Assembly: GCA_965222375.1 (NCBI GenBank)
Contig: CBDCTZ010000016.1
Location: 416,001 to 480,000, forward strand
DNA length: 64,000 nucleotides
Reading direction: 5' to 3'
Source: Polyangiaceae bacterium
GTDB lineage: Bacteria > Myxococcota_A > Polyangia > Polyangiales > Polyangiaceae
Shown: piece by piece, positions 28,663-37,796 of the stretch
Numbering within the stretch: the stretch's first letter is position 1
How the letters are laid out: the number at the start of each line of letters is the position of its first letter
Notes under the pieces: model-generated
Database searches by the model: none
Told to the model about the DNA's origin: nothing
Seen by the model: the letters and a program-made list of their open reading frames with translations, nothing else
Program-made: the position numbers and the translations under genes

Positions 28663-28751
28663 CCCCGGCCGCGGATAGTTGCACTATTTGGTTGCAACAT
28701 TCACCCTAAGTCTTCAGCGATCGTTTTTTTTGTACTCCCTTCATTTTCTTC

Positions 28752-28776
28752 GATCCGTTGCGCGCTCCAGACGCAT
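28752..28776 (+). promoter_or_regulatory. Putative ECF promoter GATCCG-N13-ACGCAT (upstream of the lipoprotein gene)
   Basis: Matches 27557-27581; followed by GGAGG RBS and ATG 28796. Confidence 0.7.
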
Positions 28777-28795
28777 TAGCAGCGGAGGTTGATTG

Positions 28796-30001
28796 ATGAT
28801 TCGACACACTTCGGTAGCAACACTCGCTTTGCTCACTACGCTGGGCTGCACTTCGGAAGTTCCTCTAGGTGATGGTACTGGCGGCACCGCCGGCGCTGCG
28901 ACTGGCGGTGCAGCGGGCGCGGGCACGGGCGGCAGTGCCGGGGCGGGAACCGGCGGCACCGCGGGTGCAGCGACGGGTGGTACTGCTGGGGTCGGGGGCA
29001 CGGCTGGCAGCGGTGGTAGTGCTGGCGCCGCCGGCGGCGGTGGTACGGGTGGCGCAACGGCCTGCGTGGCGGCCGCAACTACGGGCACCCTGACAGAACT
29101 AGTGAGCGATGCCGTGAAGTTGTTTGCGGTCGCAGAAAGCGGCGACACCTTGTACTACGCTGTTGCAAACGCCAATGCGGCGACCACCCTGGGCTCCGTC
29201 AAGAAGGACGGTACTGGGCAAACGAAGATACTGGGTTCCAAGGACTCGGCTGGGTTTTTGCCCACGGTGTTGGATACCGATTCCACCCACCTGTATTGGC
29301 TCGCAGGCGGTATCCAGACCCGCGCTTATCGTCGCCCGCTTGCAGGCGGCGTGATCGAGACCATGAACTCGTCTCACATAGTTGGGTCCTCCACGGCCCT
29401 GGCGGCAACGGCATCCAAGGTGTTCTGGAGCAATGGCGGATCAGCCATCTACTCGGCGCCCAAGGGCGTGGACTTGCCGGCGCTCGCGTACAACGTAACG
29501 GCGGGTCGAATGGCTGGTATCAGCATGGCCAGCAATGGCAGCGACGTCGTCTGGGTCGAGTGGATCGATCCCAACGACACCCAAGCCTCGACGCACATCA
29601 TTCGCCAGGGCAACGAAAAGGGCGATCCGGCGAAGACGATCGCTTCGATTCCAACCTTCCACCCGGACAGCGTCAACGTTGACGCAACGGATGTGTACTA
29701 CGGCATGGGAGGCAAGGAGGTCGGCCGTCTGTCCCTCGGGGGTGGCGCGCGGACCACGTTGCACACCGGCCAGATCACCGCGCACATCGCGACCGATGCG
29801 ACCCACGTGTACTTCTTGGAGAACGACGGCTACTGTCGTGCGCTCAAGTCCGTGCCCAAGGCAGGTGGCGCTGCCGTGACGATGGCGACGGGGCTACCGG
29901 GCCCGTCCACGGGGTTTGCGCAAGGCAACAGCGTCGACGTAGATGCGACTGACGTCTTCGTCGGAACCTACGCGGGCAAGATCTTCAAGGTCTCGAAGTA
30001 A
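28796..30001 (+). CDS. Gly-tethered beta-propeller lipoprotein
   Basis: Lipobox LGC; GGTAG linker; repeated (V/T)D-A-T-x-V-Y blades. Confidence 0.8.
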   Translation: MIRHTSVATLALLTTLGCTSEVPLGDGTGGTAGAATGGAAGAGTGGSAGAGTGGTAGAATGGTAGVGGTAGSGGSAGAAGGGGTGGATACVAAATTGTLTELVSDAVKLFAVAESGDTLYYAVANANAATTLGSVKKDGTGQTKILGSKDSAGFLPTVLDTDSTHLYWLAGGIQTRAYRRPLAGGVIETMNSSHIVGSSTALAATASKVFWSNGGSAIYSAPKGVDLPALAYNVTAGRMAGISMASNGSDVVWVEWIDPNDTQASTHIIRQGNEKGDPAKTIASIPTFHPDSVNVDATDVYYGMGGKEVGRLSLGGGARTTLHTGQITAHIATDATHVYFLENDGYCRALKSVPKAGGAAVTMATGLPGPSTGFAQGNSVDVDATDVFVGTYAGKIFKVSK

Positions 30002-30088
30002 GCTTGCTTGTCGCGCGGTCGCGGCGTCACGGAACTGGCCTCCGCCAAACACCGTGACGTCGCGCCCGGGCTGCCGTAGATTGCGCGT

Positions 30089-31654
30089 GTGACCGTTCGT
30101 CCTTCTCGGCGCAGTTTCCTACGCTACTCCGCATTGGCCGCAGCCAGCTCCGCGCTCGGGTGCGGAGAAGATGAACCACTACAGAAGGCCAGTGCCGTCG
30201 TGATCGGCACTGGCTTTGGCGGTTCCATCGCCGCCTATCGTCTTGCCGAGGCCGGGGTGGACGTCACGGTGCTCGAACGTGGTCGTCGTTGGCCCATCAC
30301 GGACGCGGAAGATACTTTTCCTTCCGTGCGGGTGCCGGACCGGCGTGCGGCTTGGTTCGAAGACAGGACAGTCCTGCCCGGAGCACCCAGCACGGACATC
30401 AAGCCCTACGCCGGCTTGCTCGAAATCATCCGCGGTCCGAGTTTGAATGTCATTGCCGGAGCTGGGGTCGGCGGGAACTCCCTGGTCTTCGGCGGCATCA
30501 TGATCCAGCCGACCCAGGACTTGTTCGAACGGACCTTCCCCAAAGAAGTCGTCTACGCCGAGATGGACGCCGACTACTACCCGCGGGTTCGCAAGATGAT
30601 GCGAACCGCTTCCATCCCCGACGACATCTTGAATTCGGACGCGTACGTGTCCACCCGGGTTTTCCTAGAGCAGACGAAGAAGACCGGCCTCAGTCCGGAG
30701 ATCATCGAAAACGCCATCGACTGGGACTTGATTCGCCAAGAAATCACTGGCGAAAAGAAGCCCTCGGCCATCGTCGGCGACTACAATTACGGCCTCAATA
30801 GCGGCGCCAAGAACAGCCTGGACCGGACCTACTTGGCCGAGGCCGAGAAGACGGGTCGCGTGGACGTGCGCCCGATGCACGTGGTCAAGCGCATCGCGGC
30901 GGTTGGCGGCGGGGAATATCGAGTCATCGCCGAGCGGATTGACGAAGAGGGCGAGGTGCTCGGAGTGGTCACGCTGCAAACTCGGCACTTGTTCCTCGGC
31001 GCGGGCAGCCTCGGAACCACGAAGCTCTTGCTCGGGGCTCGGGTGCGCGGAGATCTGACGAACTTGGGCCCGAGCCTTGGGGAAGGCTTTGGCAACAACG
31101 GGCAGATCATCGGAGTGCGCACGAGCGTTGGCGTCGACACGGGTGCCTTGCAGGGCGGACCCCCCGCGGCCTTCGTTCGCCAGCCGGACAACGTGCATGC
31201 CCCGATCAGCATCGAAAACGGCCCGGGGCCCTTTCCGGGTGAGTGCCAGTGTCTGATCAACATTTGCCACGGGATCCCCGAGAAGACCGGCAGCCTTGCT
31301 CTAGACGCTCAAACCGGAAACGTCGTTGCGATTTGGGACAAGGGCCACATGGCCAAGACTCAGCAGGGCTTTGACGCCACCCTGGAGGCGTTGAATCAGG
31401 CGAACGGAGGGTTTGTCATTCCCCTGGCCGGTGTCAGCGGTAGCGATACGACCTACCACCCGCTCGGGGGCGCAACGATGGGACTGGTGTGCGACTCTTG
31501 GGGTCGAATTGCGGGGCATCCCGGCTTGTATGTCGTGGACGGCGCGCTGATCCCGGGCGCCACTGGTTGCGCGAACCCGGCGCTGACCATCGGGGCCATC
31601 GCCGAGCGCTGCATGGATCGGATCCTGTCCGAGAATCTGATCCCTGGGGAGTGA
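30089..31654 (+). CDS. GMC oxidoreductase, cholesterol oxidase family, Tat lipoprotein
   Basis: SRRSFL twin-arginine signal plus LGC; GTGFGG, LERGRRW, GVGGNS, YHPLGG and NPALTI motifs. Confidence 0.88.
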   Translation: MTVRPSRRSFLRYSALAAASSALGCGEDEPLQKASAVVIGTGFGGSIAAYRLAEAGVDVTVLERGRRWPITDAEDTFPSVRVPDRRAAWFEDRTVLPGAPSTDIKPYAGLLEIIRGPSLNVIAGAGVGGNSLVFGGIMIQPTQDLFERTFPKEVVYAEMDADYYPRVRKMMRTASIPDDILNSDAYVSTRVFLEQTKKTGLSPEIIENAIDWDLIRQEITGEKKPSAIVGDYNYGLNSGAKNSLDRTYLAEAEKTGRVDVRPMHVVKRIAAVGGGEYRVIAERIDEEGEVLGVVTLQTRHLFLGAGSLGTTKLLLGARVRGDLTNLGPSLGEGFGNNGQIIGVRTSVGVDTGALQGGPPAAFVRQPDNVHAPISIENGPGPFPGECQCLINICHGIPEKTGSLALDAQTGNVVAIWDKGHMAKTQQGFDATLEALNQANGGFVIPLAGVSGSDTTYHPLGGATMGLVCDSWGRIAGHPGLYVVDGALIPGATGCANPALTIGAIAERCMDRILSENLIPGE

Positions 31655-31676
31655 CGGCCCGCCGGGTGCGCGACAA

Positions 31677-32375
31677 TCAGGGAGTGCAATTGTCGGCTGA
31701 GATGCCAATGGTGTTGGTGCACCCGAGATTTGGACCGTTTTGGCTGGTCACGTCCACCACCGCCCCACACTTGCCCGTGTTGGTCTGACAGCAACCCGGG
31801 AAGAACTCCTGCTGGCTCGTCAACGGATTGGTGTACGGAAAATCTGGACACGACGCATTTAGATTGCCCGGAACGTTCAACGGGTAGCAGCCCGTGGGCA
31901 CGCCGCCGAGCAAGCCGGCGATAGTGGCGTCCACTTCTGCGCCGCAACCGGGCTCGCCAGGAGGGCAGCACCCAGCCACGTTGATTACGCCGCCAACAAG
32001 GAAACTCTGGCAGTTGGCCGGGTTGCAGGAGCCGCCGCCACCAGTGCCAGCGACGGCGCCGGTTCCGGCGCCACCACCCGTGGCTCCAACGCCGCCAACG
32101 TTGCCCGTACCGCCGACGTTGCCTGTGCCACCGACGTTACCCGTGCCGCCAACGTTACCCGTGCCGCCAACGTTACCTGTGCCACCCACATTGCCGCTAC
32201 CGCCTGACGAGGCCGGCGCTTCGCATAGATTCGTCGAGGGGTTGCACACTTGCCCACTGGGGCAGGCTCCTCCGTCAGCGCAAGATGCGGCGCCTCCGCC
32301 GCCCCCGCCACTGCTGCAGGCGATGCCCGCGGCAAGAAGTACTAACCCCCGAAATCCCATCACCAAGCTATGCAT
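31677..32375 (-). CDS. Gly-tethered Cys-rich lipoprotein
   Basis: Lipobox GIAC, GGTGNV repeats and GCC motifs. Confidence 0.75.
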   Translation of the reverse strand: MHSLVMGFRGLVLLAAGIACSSGGGGGGAASCADGGACPSGQVCNPSTNLCEAPASSGGSGNVGGTGNVGGTGNVGGTGNVGGTGNVGGTGNVGGVGATGGGAGTGAVAGTGGGGSCNPANCQSFLVGGVINVAGCCPPGEPGCGAEVDATIAGLLGGVPTGCYPLNVPGNLNASCPDFPYTNPLTSQQEFFPGCCQTNTGKCGAVVDVTSQNGPNLGCTNTIGISADNCTP

Positions 32376-32427
32376 GGCCGCTGCTTAGCGCGTCCACGGA
32401 AAGAGTCAACCTAGCGGGGTCGAGGCT

Positions 32428-32671
32428 TGGACATTCTGGCGCGACGACGGAAGCAAGCTCGAAGCCAGCGAGCTAGTCAACGGCGAGCGTCACGGAGAGG
32501 TGACCCGCTGGCACCCCAACGCCGTGCGCGAGATGGTCGGTCAATTCGTCAAGGGCAAGAAGTGGCAAGTGGGTCTACTTCGAAGAGGAAGAAGGCGAGC
32601 CGATCCGCGAGGAATACTATAAGGCGAACAGGAAGCTTCGAACCGTCAAGCTCCGGCGCAAGAAGAAGTAG
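32428..32671 (+). pseudogene. Remnant of a MORN-variant repeat (YwqK-like) gene
   Basis: Reads WTFWRDDGSK..NGERHGEVTRWHPN..GQFVKGKK, then after a frameshift near 32560 SGKWVYFEEE..IREEYY..stop; no convincing start. Confidence 0.7.
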
Positions 32672-32691
32672 TAGTTGCTCGAGGGGTGGAC

Positions 32692-33450
32692 TCAGCCGCC
32701 CGGGCAAGTGAGCGTGGCGTTCCCGCTCGAGTCTACCTTGCAGAAGCCACCGCAGGGTTTGGTCTTCAGGCACTCGCAGGGCGTGGGTGAGATGCATTGC
32801 GCTGGGAATTCGCCGCAGCTGAAGGTGTCTGGGATGCCGCCCACATCGGAGATTTCGTGAATGCAGTACTGGGAGCCCTTCTTGCACGCTTTCGTTCCAC
32901 AAGCGAAGAACCCCGGCGCCGCTCCGCAACTGTCCAAGCTGATGTCCTGCCCACTTGCGTAGGCCGCACATTCATTGCCGGCTTCCTTGCCTTCGCAAGT
33001 GCAGACCGGATCATAGAGAAGGTCGCAGCCTTGGGGTCGAGGTTTGCAGCTACCCGCTTGCCCCTTACCGCAGAGGTTGTCGGGGTAGTCGCAGTATTCG
33101 GTTTTCGAGCACGGCTTGTCCGGCGTACAGCCGGTCGGGCTGCAGCTGCCCGAAGGCGGAAAACTGGAGCCACTGGGGCACTTGGGCATGCCGTTGTGGT
33201 CACAGGTGGGATCGACGGCATTGCCGTTGGCGTCGCAGCACGGGACCAAGCTTGTGCATTGAATGGGGCCCCCGCCGACGCCGGATGTTCCCGAGGTGCC
33301 TGACGCTGCGCCATTGCCTGACGAGCCGCCGCTGCCGGCGGAGCCACCATTGCCCGCTGCGCCGCCGTCGGAGGTCGAGGAGCCGCCACAGGCGGGGATC
33401 GCCAGAGCCAAGGCCATGCTGGTGGCCGCCATGAGTGCCAAACGCTGCAT
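32692..33450 (-). CDS. Gly-tethered Cys-rich lipoprotein with Kazal-like motif
   Basis: Lipobox IPAC; CDLLYDPVCTCEG..NECAA. Confidence 0.8.
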   Translation of the reverse strand: MQRLALMAATSMALALAIPACGGSSTSDGGAAGNGGSAGSGGSSGNGAASGTSGTSGVGGGPIQCTSLVPCCDANGNAVDPTCDHNGMPKCPSGSSFPPSGSCSPTGCTPDKPCSKTEYCDYPDNLCGKGQAGSCKPRPQGCDLLYDPVCTCEGKEAGNECAAYASGQDISLDSCGAAPGFFACGTKACKKGSQYCIHEISDVGGIPDTFSCGEFPAQCISPTPCECLKTKPCGGFCKVDSSGNATLTCPGG

Positions 33451-33575
33451 GAGCTTTGGCTCTGCAATGCGCGTGCCGCACTTTCCGCCCGAGATCCACC
33501 GAAGTAGCCCGCGCCCAGTGTGCCAGCTGAGCCAAAGCCTGGGTCGCGGTGTCGTGTCTCGCGGGGCCGCGTGAG

Positions 33576-34268
33576 TCAGTGAAACAACAGCGGAATGACC
33601 AGGTGCCCAGTCAGGTGCGCCGTAATGATGAATGCTGGTGACAGTTTGAAGTAGAGCACGCTCATAACGACCCCTGGAAACGCAAACCGTGTCGCAAAAT
33701 GGCGAAGCTGAAATGCTCCGGCGTCAGCTCCCAATTCGTGCGAGGTAGCGAACGCGAGACCCGTGACGACGATGGCGACGGCAATGGCGACCGAACGCGA
33801 GAGCCGCGGCCTGAGCGCGGCGTAGCCGAGCGGCAAGAGGATCAGTCGGAATACGACCTCTTCTATGAGCCCGGCAGACAGACCAAGCAGCAAACCGGGC
33901 TTTGAAGACTCCTCTGGCGGAATGAACCCCGGCAACTGCTCACCGACCATCAAACGGATCATGCCCGCGATTGCGCATGCGCAGACAGCACCACCAGCCG
34001 CCCATGCCGCCGCTTGTTTCAGCTCTCGACCACCTGGTCGTCGGCGGGCAATCCAAGCCGTCACCGTCAGCATCGCCGCCAGGGGCACGACCCAGGGCCG
34101 CCCGTCAAAGAGTCGGACGAGAGGATCTGCTGCAGCCAGCTGTTCCGTTCCGAACTGCGTGGTGACGCCGAGCGCAGCCAAGAGCAGGGTGAAGGGCAAC
34201 GCCAAGATGGCCGCTGCGCTCACGTCCGCCGAACTGGGGGCTTCGACTCGCCGCGGCTCGTCTTGCAT
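33576..34268 (-). CDS. CPBP (Abi/CAAX) intramembrane metalloprotease
   Basis: EEVVFR, FATSH and AH motifs; multiple TM helices. Confidence 0.8.
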   Translation of the reverse strand: MQDEPRRVEAPSSADVSAAAILALPFTLLLAALGVTTQFGTEQLAAADPLVRLFDGRPWVVPLAAMLTVTAWIARRRPGGRELKQAAAWAAGGAVCACAIAGMIRLMVGEQLPGFIPPEESSKPGLLLGLSAGLIEEVVFRLILLPLGYAALRPRLSRSVAIAVAIVVTGLAFATSHELGADAGAFQLRHFATRFAFPGVVMSVLYFKLSPAFIITAHLTGHLVIPLLFH

Positions 34269-34288
34269 TGCAGCGCGCCCGACGGGCT

Positions 34289-35212
34289 TCAGTACTTCTC
34301 GGGCACGAAGGTCTGCTCTGCCATCGGTGGACGCACGTAGCCCATCTCCTTGGACACCGAGTCGGAACGGTGAACCTCCCTCGGCTCGAGTTTGATGGGC
34401 GCCGGAGTCAGATCCTCATACGGAATCATGCTCAAGAGGTGGCCAATGCAATTGAGCCGGGCGCGCTTCTTGTTGTCGGCGTTGACCACGTACCAAGGGC
34501 ACTGCTTGATGTCCGTGTGGGCGAACATCTCGTCCTTGGCCTTGGAGTACTCCACCCAGCGACGGCGAGATTCGAGATCCATCGGGCTCAGTTTCCAGCG
34601 CTTGGTTGCGTCATCGACTCGACCCTGGAAACGCCGCTCTTGCTCCTCGGGGCTGACGCTGAACCAGTACTTGATGACCTGAATGCCCGATCGAACCAAC
34701 ATGCGCTCGAACTGCGGGCAGGAGCGCATGAACTCGGCGTGTTGAGTCTCGGTGCAGAAGCCCATGACCCGCTCGACGCCGGCGCGGTTGTACCAGCTGC
34801 GGTCGAATAGAACCATCTCGCCAGCCGCCGGCAGATGCGCGACGTAGCGCTGGAAGTACCACTGCGTTTTCTCGCGCTCCGTCGGTGTGCCGAGCGCGAC
34901 CACGCGACAGATGCGTGGGTTTAGGCTCTCCGTGATGCGTTTGATGACGCCGCCCTTTCCCGCCGCGTCACGCCCTTCGAAGACTACCACCACCCGCAGC
35001 CCCTTCTCCTTGATCCACTCTTGGAGTTTCACGAGCTCGATTTGCATTCGAGCCAGCTCTTTCTCGTAGAGCTTCGTCGTCAGCTTCTTGTGCTTGGTGT
35101 TGTGGTTTTCAGCGGTAGCGACATCCGGTGTGTCGCCTTCGACTCTCTCGTCACCGGCTGCCGCCGAGGTGGCCTCCTTGTTCTTGGCTTTCTGTTTGTC
35201 CTTCTTGCCCAT
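34289..35212 (-). CDS. ppk2: Polyphosphate kinase 2
   Basis: FEGRDAAGKGG, FDRSWYNRAGVERVMGFC and WKLSPMD motifs. Confidence 0.97.
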   Translation of the reverse strand: MGKKDKQKAKNKEATSAAAGDERVEGDTPDVATAENHNTKHKKLTTKLYEKELARMQIELVKLQEWIKEKGLRVVVVFEGRDAAGKGGVIKRITESLNPRICRVVALGTPTEREKTQWYFQRYVAHLPAAGEMVLFDRSWYNRAGVERVMGFCTETQHAEFMRSCPQFERMLVRSGIQVIKYWFSVSPEEQERRFQGRVDDATKRWKLSPMDLESRRRWVEYSKAKDEMFAHTDIKQCPWYVVNADNKKRARLNCIGHLLSMIPYEDLTPAPIKLEPREVHRSDSVSKEMGYVRPPMAEQTFVPEKY

Positions 35213-35341
35213 CTGCGCACCTCGGCTTTCAGTCGAGCACGCACCCTAGCCCTCCCCCAACAGCGTGTCATTGCCGCTCAGATGAGCAGGGGATGGGCGC
35301 CCAAAGACCGCGCAGTGTCACCACGGCTGATCGTGGAGTGG

Positions 35342-35462
35342 GGTTTGGGGGTCGACGCGCTTGTGACGCGCTTCGCGATGCCCGAAGGGGCAACACCCGA
35401 AGGGGTGAGCACTGCGCGGCTTTGGGGCACTAATCTCGCGGCTTGCCGCGAGGGGCGACTGC
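35342..35462. repeat. Dispersed intergenic hairpin repeat, copy 2
   Basis: Core matches 11769-11840; 3' part CTAATCTCGCG..CGCGAGGGG matches copy 3. Confidence 0.85.
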
Positions 35463-35475
35463 GTTCAGTACGTCC

Positions 35476-36285
35476 CTATCGTCCCTCAGCCTCCGCAATC
35501 GCGCTATCGACGAGCTTGCGCAGGTCGGCTTCTGGCCACGCGCCGTTGACACGTCGACCGTTGATGAAGCTCGTGGGCGTGCCCGTGACCCCCAGGCGTT
35601 TCGCCAAGGCCTTGTCGGCGTCGAGACGCTGGCCCAGTCGGCCGGAGGCCAGAGCCTCGCGAAAACGCGCGAGGTCGAGCCCTGCCTCCAAAGCAAACTC
35701 CTCGAATTGCTCTTCGTTCAAGCTGCATTGGTTGCGGTACAGCAGCTTCGAGAACTCCTTGAAGCGCCCCTGCTCGCTAGCGGCAAGCGCTGCTCTCGCA
35801 GCGGGCCGAGCGTTCTCATGCATTGGCAGTGGCAGGTTGCGCCAAACAACGCGCAGCTGCTGTGGGTAGTCACGCTGAAGGGCGGCCAGGCGCCTGTCCA
35901 GCTTGGCGCACCAGGGGCATTGGTAGTTGGTGAAGACGACGAAGTTGACGGGCGCGTCGTCAGGTCCCACTGCTGGAGCCGTGTCTGCCTGCAACGCGCG
36001 CACGTCATCTTCGGGAAGTACTGTGAGGGACGCGTATTCAGGCCGCGGTTTCGTCGCTGTGGCCTGTTTGAGTTGTGGATCCGGGCTCGGGAGCGCTGCG
36101 TTGGCCGGTGGCGCGGGCGGTGTAGTAGTGACCGCGGCGACCGGGTTGGCTTTCGGCGCCGCAAGCGTCGGCTCCGCCGCTAGTTCGGCCTCGTGTTTGT
36201 CTGGGTTGTCCGTTTCGTTGGGTGAGCTGCAGTGAGCGAGCAGTGGCAAACAGATGAGCGGAATCAGATTGATTGCTGAGCGCAT
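35476..36285 (-). CDS. DsbA-family thioredoxin-fold protein, exported
   Basis: YQCPWC, WRNLPL and GVTGTPTSFING motifs; AGGAG RBS; possible lipobox LAHC. Confidence 0.9.
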   Translation of the reverse strand: MRSAINLIPLICLPLLAHCSSPNETDNPDKHEAELAAEPTLAAPKANPVAAVTTTPPAPPANAALPSPDPQLKQATATKPRPEYASLTVLPEDDVRALQADTAPAVGPDDAPVNFVVFTNYQCPWCAKLDRRLAALQRDYPQQLRVVWRNLPLPMHENARPAARAALAASEQGRFKEFSKLLYRNQCSLNEEQFEEFALEAGLDLARFREALASGRLGQRLDADKALAKRLGVTGTPTSFINGRRVNGAWPEADLRKLVDSAIAEAEGR

Positions 36286-36334
36286 GAGCGGTCTCCTTGA
36301 TGGGTCAACGTGTGTCGACGATTTCGTCGACTAC

Positions 36335-36361
36335 AAGTGACGCCCGTGTCGCTTGAGTTAC
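36335..36361 (-). promoter_or_regulatory. Putative ECF promoter GTAAC-N14-CGTCACTT (upstream of the dsbA-like gene)
   Basis: Same motif and spacing at 37660-37686. Confidence 0.72.
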
Positions 36362-37026
36362 GATCCGCTATCGCAAATCGCACCGCTGGGGTGCGCGACG
36401 CAGGAAGACTGTTCGCCTGACGTGAACCCAGCGGCGCTCGTGGGCTGCGCAGCAACATCGCGAGAGTCGGTCCAGCTCGCGCCTGACACGCTCGCTGCTG
36501 AAACGCCGGGATGTCGAGACTCGCAGACTTCGTCGATCGACTCCGAGTAGGAAGCTGGAGTGAAATCTTGGTGGGCGAAGGTTATTTCCGCCGGCGCGGC
36601 TAGGTAGTGGTCGCCCACCGTCGTCGCTGCGTGGGGTTGACCACCCGCCGCCGCGCCATCCATTGGGAAGATGGTTTCGCGGCCGTTGGCGACGAGCAGC
36701 AGAATTGCCGCCGCCGCCGCTAGCCCGCTGGCCATGGGCCACCACTTTCGCTTGGTGCTCCCGGTCTCTTCCTGCGGGGTGGGCACCGCTTGACGAACCG
36801 CTCGATAGCGTACGAACTCTCGAAACTCGGGTGGCGCGAGAGGCTCGCGCTGCGCGCGTTCGCTGAACAAGCGCCGCTCCGCACGAAGCCAGGCGAGTTC
36901 ATGCTTGCAGGGTGGACACGCGGCTGCGTGCCGCGAGATGAGAGCTTGGCGCGTGGATGAGGCTTTGCCGAAGATGACCTCATCCAGGTCATCGGCCTCG
37001 AGCTGTTGGCTGCAATGGTCGCTCAT
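36358..37026 (-). CDS. Zinc-binding (ZAS, H-x3-C-x2-C) membrane anti-sigma factor
   Basis: HAAACPPC, one TM helix, ATGA overlap with the sigma gene. Confidence 0.85.
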   Translation of the reverse strand: MSDHCSQQLEADDLDEVIFGKASSTRQALISRHAAACPPCKHELAWLRAERRLFSERAQREPLAPPEFREFVRYRAVRQAVPTPQEETGSTKRKWWPMASGLAAAAAILLLVANGRETIFPMDGAAAGGQPHAATTVGDHYLAAPAEITFAHQDFTPASYSESIDEVCESRHPGVSAASVSGASWTDSRDVAAQPTSAAGFTSGEQSSCVAHPSGAICDSGS

Positions 37027-37604
37027 TCGCGTCCTCCGGCGTGATGTTCGGCCAGTATCGAGCGCAGCTGTAGGCGTCCCCGGTGCACCTCGACTTTGGC
37101 CTTGGCGACGCTCCAGCCCATACACTCTGCAATGTCCGAGTAGGAGAGTTCATGATCGACTCTCAAGAGCAGTGCGGCGCGGCGCTTTTCTCTCAGTCGA
37201 CCTAGCGCAGTCGAAATGATTCGTTGGGCCTCCCGACCGAGCAACATGGCCTCAGGAGTTAGTTCATCGATTTCGGAACAGGGCTCTCTGGCTGGCGCCC
37301 TGCGGGCGCGCTTGCGAGTTCGAAATAGTTCGAGACATACACGTCGGGCGATTCCGAAGAGCCAGGGGCGCAATCGGTCCGGGTCACGCAAGTCGTCTAG
37401 CAATCCGAACGCCCTGAAGAAGGTCTCCTGGGTGGCGTCAGCGGCGTCGCTCTGGTTGCCCAGCATGTCGCGCACGAAGCGATGAATGGCGTGCGCATGG
37501 AGCTCATAGATGGCTCGCTGCGTCGCAGGCACAGCCTCCTCGACTCGTGGAGCGGGCACGGGCGAGGCTGGCGCGTGCGCGCGATTCGTCTCCCCTTCTG
37601 GCAT
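37023..37604 (-). CDS. ECF RNA polymerase sigma factor
   Basis: DATQETF, WLFGIAR and LSYSDIAECMG..KVEVHRGR motifs. Start is 37604 (ATG) or 37643 (GTG). Confidence 0.92.
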   Translation of the reverse strand: MPEGETNRAHAPASPVPAPRVEEAVPATQRAIYELHAHAIHRFVRDMLGNQSDAADATQETFFRAFGLLDDLRDPDRLRPWLFGIARRVCLELFRTRKRARRAPAREPCSEIDELTPEAMLLGREAQRIISTALGRLREKRRAALLLRVDHELSYSDIAECMGWSVAKAKVEVHRGRLQLRSILAEHHAGGRE

Positions 37605-37659
37605 GGCTATCCATGCACGCTGCAATGCGTTCGTTAGCCCCACGTGTGACCCTGGGGGT

Positions 37660-37686
37660 AAGTGACGTTCAGTCGCCGTCGGTTAC
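37660..37686 (-). promoter_or_regulatory. Putative autoregulatory ECF promoter GTAAC-N14-CGTCACTT
   Basis: Matches 36335-36361; AAC and CGT cores are typical of ECF promoters. Confidence 0.72.
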
Positions 37687-37796
37687 ACGGTAGGACCAAC
37701 TTTTCCCCTGCCCGCCCAACAGTCGGTGGGGGGAGGTATTCCCGGCTCCGGGTATTTGGGCGCTACTTCGTGCTCACTGCACGTCGGCTGCGACGA

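Noticed and set aside
30020..30063. Inverted repeat GCGGCGTCACGG..CCGTGACGTCGC as an intrinsic terminator
   Set aside because: The loop is long and there is no U-tract; its function cannot be supported.
33576..34268. CPBP 'Abi' protease as an abortive-infection or bacteriocin immunity gene
   Set aside because: The family name is historical, and no bacteriocin or defence genes are adjacent.
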